A DNA stretch of 64,000 bases from Vulcanimicrobiota bacterium (GTDB lineage: Bacteria > Vulcanimicrobiota > Vulcanimicrobiia > Eremiobacterales > Eremiobacteraceae). Below the pieces are notes generated by a model that saw only the letters and a program-made list of their open reading frames with translations, was not told where the DNA came from and made no database searches. Numbering within the stretch: the stretch's first letter is position 1; the number at the start of each line of letters is the position of its first letter. Positions 28,696 to 37,474 of the stretch are shown here, piece by piece. The position numbers and the translations under genes were made by a program. The DNA is taken from the NCBI GenBank assembly GCA_963812135.1, contig CAWETU010000001.1, forward strand, positions 736,001-800,000. The letters are read 5' to 3'.

Positions 28696-29856
28696 GTGTC
28701 GCAGGCGATCGGTCTGCGGTGTGACGCGCTCGTCGTCGGCGCGGGTCCGGCGGGGGCAAGCGTCGCGCTACGCCTCGCGCGCCGCGGCGCGAATGTCGTT
28801 GTGCTGGAGCGTACGCGCCTGCCGCGTACCAAGGTCTGCGGCGAATATCTGAGCCCGGCGACACTCGACTCGCTTTCGGATCTCGGGTTGCTCGATGCGG
28901 TCCGAACACAAGCGCACGAGCTTGCGACGTTGCGCATGGCCGGGTTTGGCTTCGGCCCCGTCACGATGCGCTTGCCCGGTTTCGGCGGCTTGGCGATCGC
29001 GCGCGCGCGATTCGATATGCTCTTGGCAGATGCAGCCGTGCAGGCGGGAGCGCGGTTGATCGCGGGGACATTCGTGAGCGCGCGCGAGACCGAGGACGGC
29101 GTTGATGTATCTTTTCGAGATGGCGCCGGAGTCGTGCGGCACATCCGCACGGCGGTGCTGGTGGGCGCGGACGGTTCGTGGTCGACGGTCGCGCAGCACT
29201 GCGGCATGGCGGATCGGCAGCGCCGCGGGGGCCGCTGGGCCGTCGGCGGACATCTGCGCACACCGTCCGACGGCGATGCGGTGGAGATGTTCGTAGGCCC
29301 TCACGGCTACTACGCACGCAATCCGCTCGGCGGCGGACTCACCAATGCGATGCTCGTGATGCCGCGCCCACTGCTCGATGATGAAGCAGAGACAGCTGCG
29401 CGCCGCCTCAGCGACGGCCGCTATGGTTTCCAAGCGGATGCGCTCGAGCGCCGCGTGGCCGTCGGGCCGTTGCGTTACCGCGCGCGCGTGGCGGCTCGCG
29501 GACGCGTCGTCCTGGCAGGCGACGCCGCCGAACTGTTCGATCCGTTCTTGGGTCAGGGCATCGCGTTTGCGCTTGGTCTTTCCGGCGCGGCGGCCGAGAC
29601 CGCATCTCGGCTCATCGCCGGCGAGCGTCCGAGCGAAGCCGTGCGCGAGTATCGCGCCGCCCGCGGTGCGGCGGCCCGCAGTGTCCGAGTCATGGCCCGA
29701 GCCGTCGACGCGCTTTTGCGCATCCGCTGGCTGCGCGGCAGAGCGGCTCGCAAACTCGCTCGCCGCCCGGAACTCGCCGATCAGCTGCTCGCCGCGATCG
29801 CAGGGAGCGCGCCCAACAGCCGGCGCTTGGCGCTCGCCTGGGACCTGATCGCATGA
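28696..29856 (+). CDS. FAD-dependent oxidoreductase (geranylgeranyl-reductase/monooxygenase family)
   Basis: VVGAGPAG, KVCGEYLS, VGADG, LAGDAA..FDPFLGQGI; start inferred. Confidence 0.85.
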   Translation: MSQAIGLRCDALVVGAGPAGASVALRLARRGANVVVLERTRLPRTKVCGEYLSPATLDSLSDLGLLDAVRTQAHELATLRMAGFGFGPVTMRLPGFGGLAIARARFDMLLADAAVQAGARLIAGTFVSARETEDGVDVSFRDGAGVVRHIRTAVLVGADGSWSTVAQHCGMADRQRRGGRWAVGGHLRTPSDGDAVEMFVGPHGYYARNPLGGGLTNAMLVMPRPLLDDEAETAARRLSDGRYGFQADALERRVAVGPLRYRARVAARGRVVLAGDAAELFDPFLGQGIAFALGLSGAAAETASRLIAGERPSEAVREYRAARGAAARSVRVMARAVDALLRIRWLRGRAARKLARRPELADQLLAAIAGSAPNSRRLALAWDLIA

Positions 29857-30302
29857 TGCACGCGCAGCGCAGCATCGACATCGCGGCGCCGCCGGAGCGC
29901 GTCTACGATCTCGCGCAAGACATCGCGCGCTGGCCCGCACTGCTGCCTCACTACCGCTACGTCACCGTGACGCGCGAGACGCCCGGCGCGCGGGTCGCGG
30001 TCATGGCGGCGCGGCGCGGCTGGATTCCTGTCCGTTGGACGACCGAGCAGCGGCTGGATCCGCGCACGCCGCGCATCGAATTCACGCACCTTTCAGGCTG
30101 GACTGCTGGAATGGAGGTTGCGTGGATCTTCGCCGCGATTCCGGGCGGCACGCGCGTGAGCATCGTCCACGACCTCGACTTCAAGCGCATCCCGCTCGTC
30201 GGCGCATGGGTCGGACGGCACATCATCGGCGACTTCTTCATCCAAACGATCGCGGGCAAGACGCTCGCACGCATGAAAGAGCTAGCAGAGGCAGCGACGT
30301 GA
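29853..30302 (+). CDS. SRPBCC/polyketide cyclase-aromatase family protein
   Basis: IAAPPERVYDLAQDIARWPALLPH; GMEVAWIF. Confidence 0.85.
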   Translation: MMHAQRSIDIAAPPERVYDLAQDIARWPALLPHYRYVTVTRETPGARVAVMAARRGWIPVRWTTEQRLDPRTPRIEFTHLSGWTAGMEVAWIFAAIPGGTRVSIVHDLDFKRIPLVGAWVGRHIIGDFFIQTIAGKTLARMKELAEAAT

Positions 30303-31531
30303 ACAACAGGGTCTTCATCACCGGCATCGGCGCGATCACTCCCATCGGCATCGGCCGAGAACGGCTCTGGCGCGGCGCCCTTGACGGCAAGCGCGGCGTG
30401 CGCAGCCTCGATCGCTTCGACTCGACGCCGTTTCGCTCGAAAGTCGCGGGTCAGGTCGAAGATTTCGATCCCGCAGCGTTTCTGGAGCGGCGCGCGTTGC
30501 ACCGATCCGAGCGCTTCGCGCAGTTCTCGCTCGCTGCGGCCCGGCTTGCGTTCGAAGACGCGTCGTACGTCCCCAGCGGCGACGACGGTGACTTCGGCGT
30601 CTGGGTTGGCAGCGCGCTCGGCGGCGCGGCATACGGCGAGACCCAAAACCGCAACTTCATCGATCGCGGCATCAAAGCGATCCATCCGATGCTCGCGCTG
30701 TCCGTGTTTCCGGCGGCCGCGTGCTGCAACATCGCGATCACGTTCGGGATTCACGGCCCGACGGTCTCGAACTCGAACTCGTGCGCGGCAGGCGCGGTGG
30801 CGATCGGCGACGCGTTTCGCGCCGTGCGCTCAGGCTATTGCCGGCGCGCGCTCGCCGGCGGCGTCGAGATCCCGCTCACGCCATTGATCTTCGGCGCCTT
30901 CGACGTCATCAAGTCGATGTCGCAACGCAACGCCGATCCTTTGAGCGCGAGCCGTCCGTTCGACGCGGATCGCGACGGCTTTGTGATGGCCGAAGCGGCG
31001 TGTCTCATGCTGCTCGAACGAGAAGAAGACGTGGTCGCGCGCGGCGCGGTCCCGTATGCGGAGATCGGCGGCTTCGGACTGACGAACGACGGCCAGCATA
31101 TGGCGGCGCCACGCGAAGACGGGCGCGAGGCCAAACGCGCGATGCAGCTCGCGATGGCCGACGCGTCAGTCGAGCCGGCGCAGATCGACCACATCAACGC
31201 GCACGGCTCGTCGACGCCGCTCAACGACCCGACCGAGAGCCGCGCCATTCGCGACGTCTTCGGATCGGCTGCCGACCGCATCATCGTCTCCGGCATCAAG
31301 GGGATGATGGGGCATGCGCTTGGCGCGACGGGTTCGGTGGAAGCTGCGTTGTGCGCGCTTGGCTTGCGCGAGAGCCTGGTCGTGCCGACGGTCAATCTGG
31401 AGACGCCCGCGGAAGGCTGCGACTTGCGCTATTCGCCGGCCGTGCCGACGCCGTTGCGCCAAAAGGCGGTGCTGTCGAACAGCTTCGGGTTCGGCGGCCT
31501 CAACGCGGCGCTCGTCTTCAAGGCCGCCTAG
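30299..31531 (+). CDS. Beta-ketoacyl-ACP synthase (FabF/KS-like)
   Basis: Cys-His-His triad: NSCAAG, INAHGSST, MMGHALGA; SNSFGFGG. Confidence 0.92.
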   Translation: MNNRVFITGIGAITPIGIGRERLWRGALDGKRGVRSLDRFDSTPFRSKVAGQVEDFDPAAFLERRALHRSERFAQFSLAAARLAFEDASYVPSGDDGDFGVWVGSALGGAAYGETQNRNFIDRGIKAIHPMLALSVFPAAACCNIAITFGIHGPTVSNSNSCAAGAVAIGDAFRAVRSGYCRRALAGGVEIPLTPLIFGAFDVIKSMSQRNADPLSASRPFDADRDGFVMAEAACLMLLEREEDVVARGAVPYAEIGGFGLTNDGQHMAAPREDGREAKRAMQLAMADASVEPAQIDHINAHGSSTPLNDPTESRAIRDVFGSAADRIIVSGIKGMMGHALGATGSVEAALCALGLRESLVVPTVNLETPAEGCDLRYSPAVPTPLRQKAVLSNSFGFGGLNAALVFKAA

Positions 31532-32838
31532 CCTGGAAGCTTGAGCGCCTTGCAGACGCCTTGCGCGCCCTGCACCTTGCAAAATGAATTCAAGTCGTTT
31601 GCAAACTTCCCAGCCCACGATTCAAACGAATGGCGGAGCGTTTGTGCGGACGACGGATTGCCAAGCGCCAAACCGCTCGTGTTACCGAGGAACGTGCCAA
31701 CCGCGACGTCGTTCTGATAGGTGATGTAAGGGCCGACGGAATTGGGCGCGGATGATGGATTGGGTTGGGGCGCGACGGCCTCGTGGGCGGTCGCGTTTGA
31801 CGCCAGTAATACTCCGCCGAGCGCGATCGGGAAGAACGAGATCGCGGTCGTCTTGTTGCTGCCTGAGATGTTGTCGGACCAGACGTTTGCGAGCGCCGGG
31901 CCTCCGCTCGAATTACAGGTGACGACTTGCGCCGCGTAGTTGGCTTCGCTTGAGCCGTAGATGGTGAAGATGGCGAACGTGCCGTCCACCGTGACCGTCG
32001 AACCGTTGAGCACGACCGCCCCGAGCGTGCCATGACCCGCCGGCGCGTTTTGTCCGACGCCGAATGGGTTGCCCGGGTCGTTGGGCACATACGGATCTTC
32101 AAGACACTGCGCCCGAAAATCTTCGAGCGTCCAATACGACTCGGGAACGACGGCGACGGGATGCCGCGAATTGCACTCCTGCATCGAAATGGCGCTGCGC
32201 GCGCAGACATCGCGCTCGAGCCGATTCGCGATGGTGAAGAGCAGGAACGAGGCGGGATTGTCGACGCTCGATCCCGTCGTAGTGCTGCCGGTCGCCGGCC
32301 CCGAGCCTCCCTTGCTGCCGCCGCCGCCACCACCACCAGCGCTGGGTGGTTTGGACGACGATGAACCGCCGGAAGAACCGCCCGAAGGGCCGGCGCTGGG
32401 GGCGCCGATCGACAAGAGCACGTAGAACGTCGGCTCCTGCGTCGCGATAAGCGGACGCTCCTGCGGCTGACGTCCGAGCACGCCTTCACAGAACTTCAAT
32501 TGTTCCCACAGCGTACGCGGGTCGGTCTGACTTTGGCTCGGAGAGCAAGCGCTCCGAGCCACCGTTTGTCCGGCGAGTGCGGCGCATGCGTTCAGCCGGC
32601 CGATGAGCAGCTGCGCTAAGTACGACTTGACGCCCAGGGGAATAGAATCAGCGGCTCGATAGTTCGGCGAGTCAAAATTGTACACCGCGATGACGTCGTA
32701 GAGATCGCCGGTCGAGCAGATCGAGGAAGACAGCGAGGGCGCCGCGCTTTGCGCCACGGCGCCGTTCGGCACGGCCATGTTCAGCGCAATGGCGATGAGA
32801 CTGCCTGCGGCGACAAAAGCGAAAGGCTTGCGGGTCAT
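31528..32838 (-). CDS. Hypothetical exported Cys-rich protein with Gly/Ser linker
   Basis: Signal peptide; 10 Cys; GPSGGSSGGSSSSKPPSAGGGGGGG linker. Confidence 0.7.
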   Translation of the reverse strand: MTRKPFAFVAAGSLIAIALNMAVPNGAVAQSAAPSLSSSICSTGDLYDVIAVYNFDSPNYRAADSIPLGVKSYLAQLLIGRLNACAALAGQTVARSACSPSQSQTDPRTLWEQLKFCEGVLGRQPQERPLIATQEPTFYVLLSIGAPSAGPSGGSSGGSSSSKPPSAGGGGGGGSKGGSGPATGSTTTGSSVDNPASFLLFTIANRLERDVCARSAISMQECNSRHPVAVVPESYWTLEDFRAQCLEDPYVPNDPGNPFGVGQNAPAGHGTLGAVVLNGSTVTVDGTFAIFTIYGSSEANYAAQVVTCNSSGGPALANVWSDNISGSNKTTAISFFPIALGGVLLASNATAHEAVAPQPNPSSAPNSVGPYITYQNDVAVGTFLGNTSGLALGNPSSAQTLRHSFESWAGKFANDLNSFCKVQGAQGVCKALKLPG

Positions 32839-32857
32839 GAGACGTTGCCTCCCGAGG

Positions 32858-34081
32858 TTAGTCTCTCGATCGTTGCGCCGGCAAGAACCCTGCAAAGTCG
32901 TCCGGCGAAACGTAAAGATCTGCCGCGGTCTTACCGACGAGCTGCAATTCGTCGAGGTGCGTAGCCTCAAACGGAGCAACCGCGCGCTCGTGGATGGCCT
33001 TCAACCCGAGGCGATCTAAACCTTGCCGCGACACATCGACGTTGTAGCGGACATACGTGAAGAGCTTGTCGGCGAGCGGCGCCCGGTTGTCCACGAGAGT
33101 TCCGATCTCGGAATCGAGCGCCTCGCCGTGGCGCGTCCTGCCAAAAACGCGGCACAGCATGTCCTGCTCGACCGCGGCAGCGGAGATCAGCGCGGAGGGC
33201 AAGGACTGCAGGTTGTAGAGCAGATTCATCTCATTTGCCCGCAGGCTCCGGTTGGCGCTCTCGCTCAGCCCGGTTCCCACGGAGACGAGCAACAAGTCCC
33301 GTTCGCCCGGCGGCCAGTGGACCTCATACGGCGGCAGTGTCGCCATGAGAAAGAGCAAGAAGGAAGGGTTGTTATAGACCGTCACGCCGCCGTCGATGAA
33401 AATGAATTGCTGGTCGCCCACATCGATGACCTCGGGCGGGAAGAATACCGGAGCAGCCGTGCTGGCGCGCACGAGTTGCCAGAGCGGTAGGTTCAGGTTG
33501 CAATCAGGCGATTCGAGACTGTTGAACTTCGCTCGCGGGTTGTTCGAGAGCGGCCACGGTGAATCGGTGGAGGCGTTGCGCATGACGATCAGCAGCAGGG
33601 TCCGCAGCTTGTCCGTTCCCAGTGTCGCCTCGCGCCCCGCGTCTTGGCCGATCACCGATTTTATCCGTGCCGCGAGAGCGTTGTGCGTGAACATCGACGA
33701 TGACGTCAAGATGCCCACCGTGCTCAAGAGTTTGGTGGCGGCCGAATCGGGACCGAACCGCCGCGCGGCGCGCAAAAACATGTTCGCAGGATCGAACATG
33801 TCATGGGCGGCGGTTCGAATGATTTCGCGGATCTGCGCTGCCGAGTATCCGAGGGAGACGAGCGTGGCGATGATCGCACCGGCGCTCGTGCCGGCGACGT
33901 AGTCGAAAAAATCCGCCAGGACGAGGCTGTCGCGGCCCGTCGCTTGCCGCAACAGCGTCTCCAAACGCAACAAGAACTCGACGGCGATCAATCCGCGAAT
34001 TCCACCGCCGTCTACCGAGAGAAGCCTCTTCGGACCAGGCGCGGTCAAACGCGCTTCCACCTGCGATGGCACGAACGCCAC
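32858..34081 (-). CDS. Patatin-like phospholipase
   Basis: DGGGIRG oxyanion loop, GTSAG nucleophile, RASTAAP, DGG. Confidence 0.92.
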   Translation of the reverse strand: MAFVPSQVEARLTAPGPKRLLSVDGGGIRGLIAVEFLLRLETLLRQATGRDSLVLADFFDYVAGTSAGAIIATLVSLGYSAAQIREIIRTAAHDMFDPANMFLRAARRFGPDSAATKLLSTVGILTSSSMFTHNALAARIKSVIGQDAGREATLGTDKLRTLLLIVMRNASTDSPWPLSNNPRAKFNSLESPDCNLNLPLWQLVRASTAAPVFFPPEVIDVGDQQFIFIDGGVTVYNNPSFLLFLMATLPPYEVHWPPGERDLLLVSVGTGLSESANRSLRANEMNLLYNLQSLPSALISAAAVEQDMLCRVFGRTRHGEALDSEIGTLVDNRAPLADKLFTYVRYNVDVSRQGLDRLGLKAIHERAVAPFEATHLDELQLVGKTAADLYVSPDDFAGFLPAQRSRD

Positions 34082-34152
34082 GTTCGGTCATGCGGCGCTT
34101 CCCTCTTTCCAACCGGCGGGGTTCGGCGCGTTCGCTCCAGAACGCGGCCACT

Positions 34153-35838
34153 TTGACAGTGCTGCAATCGGAAGCCAAAACCACGAGGGCAGGATTCCAT
34201 GATCTGCCCTTGGTCGTCGGCGTGTCCGGGCATCGCGATCCACCGGCAGACGCCGAACCGCAGTTGCGCGAGCGCTTCGGCGAAGTTCTCGGCGGACTGG
34301 CGCATCGTTACCCGCAGATGCCCTTGCTCGTCCTTTCGGGTCTGGCTGCCGGCGCAGACATCATCGCGGCAGAAGAAGCGCTCGATCGCGGCGTCGCGGT
34401 GCTAGGCTGCCTGCCGATGCCCCAAGCGGAGTACGAAAAGGACTTCTCGCCGGAAGAGCTGCAGCGTTTTCGGCGCGTGCTGCCGCGCTGCTGGGACGTC
34501 ATCGTCGTCGGCACATCGGCCAACCGCGAGCAGAACTACGTCGATGTCGCGACGTTCATCGCCTACTATTGCCATGTGTTGGTCGCCTTTTGGGATGGCT
34601 TACCGGCGCGCGGACCCGGCGGAACCGCGGAGGTCGTCGAGCTGCGCAAAGGCGTCTTGCCGAGCGCGTTGGGCGAGACGCTGGTCGCATATCTGCCCGA
34701 CACCGGCCCGGTCTTTCAGATCGTCACGCCGCGCCGGGGACAGCCGCCGCCGCACGACAGCTTTGCCTTGCACGAGTTCTATCCGCAACGCGAGGCCCTA
34801 ACCGCACGCGATAAAGAACCCGGGACCTCGACCGGCCGGCGCGAGTTCGAAAGTGCACTGGCGCGGCTCGAGCGCTTCAATCGCGACTTAGGTACGCACG
34901 CGCCCGATGCAAAAGCGTTCACGCTGGCCGATTTTCGCGATCGCACGGACGCGGCCGCGAACAAGCTGCAAGTCGACACGTTGCGATCGGTCCAGAGCGT
35001 CTTCATAGCTACGGCGCTCGCCGCCGCCGCGCAATTGATCTTCCCGACTGACGGCTCATTCAATATTCCAAGCTGGCTCGGCATCGGCATACGCATAGGC
35101 TTTCTCATCATCGCCGTGCTCGTGCTGGCGATCGCGAAGCGCAGCGATTACGAAAATCGCTATCAAGACTACCGAGCCATCGCCGAGGCGCTTCGCGTGC
35201 AGTGCGCGTGGTGTTGCGCCGGCCTGGGCAACCGATTGGTCGAAGCGTCGTATTTGCAGATGCAGCAAAGCGAGCTGGAATGGATCCGGCTGGCGCTGCG
35301 AACGATGTACCTGATCACCGGGGCCGGCACTCCGTCGCCTGACGACTCCCCGACACATCCCGAGTGTCTACGCTGGATCGACAGCCAGATAGAGTATTAC
35401 GAGAGATCGGGGCGGCGCGAGGAACGGCAGATGCGATACGCGAGATGGGCGATGATCGCGCTACCCGTCGCAGGTGGCGTCGTCTCGGCCAGCGCGGGAG
35501 TCCTGGCCTTCATGGTCTCACACAAGGTGCTACTCGTACCGCCCGCGCAACTTGCCGACACGCTACGCGTCCTGACGTATTTGGGCACGATGCCGTTTGC
35601 GCTCGGCGGCATGCTCGCGCTGTGGATCCGCTTCTACGTCGAGCAGCGCGGATTCGCCGAGAACACGCGGCGCTACCACCACATGTACGCGGTCTTCAGC
35701 GCAGCCAAGCGGCGCCTTGTGGAACGGGCCCGCGATCCGCGCAAAGTGCTGGAAGAACTCGGCCATGAGTCGCTTTCCGAACACGCGGAGTGGCTGATCT
35801 TGCATCGCGAGCGGCCGCTGGAGTTCGTCCACACCTAA
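34153..35838 (+). CDS. SLOG-like domain fused to two SLATT-like 2TM modules
   Basis: VGVSGHRD, SGLAAGAD, VAFWDG...GGTAEVV; two TM pairs followed by YQDYRAIAEALR and LSEHAEW; start uncertain (34066-34159). Confidence 0.7.
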   Translation: MTVLQSEAKTTRAGFHDLPLVVGVSGHRDPPADAEPQLRERFGEVLGGLAHRYPQMPLLVLSGLAAGADIIAAEEALDRGVAVLGCLPMPQAEYEKDFSPEELQRFRRVLPRCWDVIVVGTSANREQNYVDVATFIAYYCHVLVAFWDGLPARGPGGTAEVVELRKGVLPSALGETLVAYLPDTGPVFQIVTPRRGQPPPHDSFALHEFYPQREALTARDKEPGTSTGRREFESALARLERFNRDLGTHAPDAKAFTLADFRDRTDAAANKLQVDTLRSVQSVFIATALAAAAQLIFPTDGSFNIPSWLGIGIRIGFLIIAVLVLAIAKRSDYENRYQDYRAIAEALRVQCAWCCAGLGNRLVEASYLQMQQSELEWIRLALRTMYLITGAGTPSPDDSPTHPECLRWIDSQIEYYERSGRREERQMRYARWAMIALPVAGGVVSASAGVLAFMVSHKVLLVPPAQLADTLRVLTYLGTMPFALGGMLALWIRFYVEQRGFAENTRRYHHMYAVFSAAKRRLVERARDPRKVLEELGHESLSEHAEWLILHRERPLEFVHT

Positions 35839-35950
35839 GCTCGCACCGCTTCGGTGGTTCGGCGACGGCCTTAGTCCCAGGACTCGCCCACGGGGTCATG
35901 GAAAAGGCCGCACTGAGGGCCCCTGCGTTTAGTTTATGACGTTTTAGTTT

Positions 35951-37471
35951 ATGCCTTTCCAGATCTTCGTTTCCTATGCGCGCAATGATGATTTGCCGCC
36001 GTTAGACGGCGAAGGCAAAGGCTTTGTCACGACCCTTCTCAAGCACCTCGAGTTCCATTTCACCTGCTTCGGCGAACCGACCCCGGTCGTGTGGCGCGAC
36101 AAGCGCGCGATCGCGCGCAGCGAACAGTTCGACCCTATCATCGAAAAGGGCATTCAGGAGTCGCAGCTGCTCCTCGTGGTGCTGTCCAACAACTGGATTC
36201 ACCGCGAGTTCTGCCGGCGCGAGCTCGATATGTTCGCGCAACGCTGGCACAAGGAAGGTGACGACGGCGTCAAGCGGCGGATCGTCGTCGTCGGCAAAAA
36301 TTACATCGAGCCTGCCGCGCGACCGCCGCTCTTGCAGGGGCAGGAAGGGTATTTATTCTACGCCCCGGACGACGAGAACCCGAGCCGCTATCGCGAGTTC
36401 TTCGTGCGCGGGAAGGCGCGTGAAGAATTCCACGAACACACGCAGGAACTCGCCGAGGACATCTGGCGACGCGCCTGCGAGCACGAACAAGTAGCTCCGC
36501 CCGCGTCCGGTCTCGCCGGCGCCGGCTGGGTGCCGGTGCAATCGAGCGGCAGAAAGATCTACCTGGCCAAGCCCGCCGCCGACATGCGCGCGGCATACAC
36601 CCGCCTCGTGGACGAATTGCGCCAGCGCGGATATGTGGTCGAGCCGTCGCCTGAAGCCGACATCCCCGCGGACAGCAGCGCGGCAGACTTCCTTCGCAGT
36701 TCGCTTGAAGGCACGGAGCTCTCGATCCATTTGCTGGGCGACAAGGCTGGTTGGGCGCCCGAAGACTGCGAGCCGATCGTGCCGCTGCAGTTGAAGCTGG
36801 CTGCCCAGGCGCAATCGCGCCGCATCATCTGGGCGCCGAAGATCCTCGTCGACGAACACGAGCACGCGCATGCTTCGAAGGCACGCGACCCGTTCGCCGT
36901 CCTCGACAAATTCGATCGCAAGCTCGACAACGACACGATCGACGGCAGTGAGACCAGCGCGTTCGCGCAGTTCGTCGTCCAGCATCTCGACAAGAACGCG
37001 CCGCCCGTGCCAGAAATCGAGTCGATCGACGCAAATGCCCGCGTGTATCTCTACCATCGGCCCGAAGATACGCAATACGCCGTCAAGATCGCAACGGTGC
37101 TCGCCGAACGCGGCATACAGCCGGTCTTCCCCGCGTTCGAAGGCGATCCGGCTGAGCTGGCCGCGCTCCACCGGCGGGAACTTGCCGAATGCGACGCGGT
37201 CGTGCTGTGTTGGGCCAACGCCGCCGAAGTGTGGGTCAAGAGCCAGGCGCGCGAACTCAAAAATTGGCGCGAGCTCGGCCGCGACCATGGTTTTGCGTGC
37301 CGGGGTTTGGTCGCCGGACCGCCTCCGGGTCAGCGCAAGGATCTCCTCGTGCAGTTGCCGCCGCGCAACGAAATCGACGTCGTGGTCGATCTGACCCAGT
37401 CGGAAGACTTGACGCCGGGGGCGCTCGACCCGCTCATCCGCGCCACCCAATCGCCGCAGGACGCCGCCTAG
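35951..37471 (+). CDS. TIR-domain protein with two further TIR-like domains
   Basis: IFVSYARND...LVVLSNNW...FCRRELDMF (catalytic Glu); middle KIYLA...ELRQRGY...SIHLLG; C-terminal VYLYHRPED...ECDAVVLCW. Confidence 0.8.
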   Translation: MPFQIFVSYARNDDLPPLDGEGKGFVTTLLKHLEFHFTCFGEPTPVVWRDKRAIARSEQFDPIIEKGIQESQLLLVVLSNNWIHREFCRRELDMFAQRWHKEGDDGVKRRIVVVGKNYIEPAARPPLLQGQEGYLFYAPDDENPSRYREFFVRGKAREEFHEHTQELAEDIWRRACEHEQVAPPASGLAGAGWVPVQSSGRKIYLAKPAADMRAAYTRLVDELRQRGYVVEPSPEADIPADSSAADFLRSSLEGTELSIHLLGDKAGWAPEDCEPIVPLQLKLAAQAQSRRIIWAPKILVDEHEHAHASKARDPFAVLDKFDRKLDNDTIDGSETSAFAQFVVQHLDKNAPPVPEIESIDANARVYLYHRPEDTQYAVKIATVLAERGIQPVFPAFEGDPAELAALHRRELAECDAVVLCWANAAEVWVKSQARELKNWRELGRDHGFACRGLVAGPPPGQRKDLLVQLPPRNEIDVVVDLTQSEDLTPGALDPLIRATQSPQDAA

Positions 37472-37474
37472 CAA

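Noticed and set aside
32300..32400. Low-complexity GCC/CCA run
   Set aside because: Encodes the Gly/Ser linker of the minus-strand exported protein; not an independent repeat
32858..34081. Calling the locus CBASS because of the patatin
   Set aside because: No CD-NTase/SMODS nucleotidyltransferase recognisable in the window
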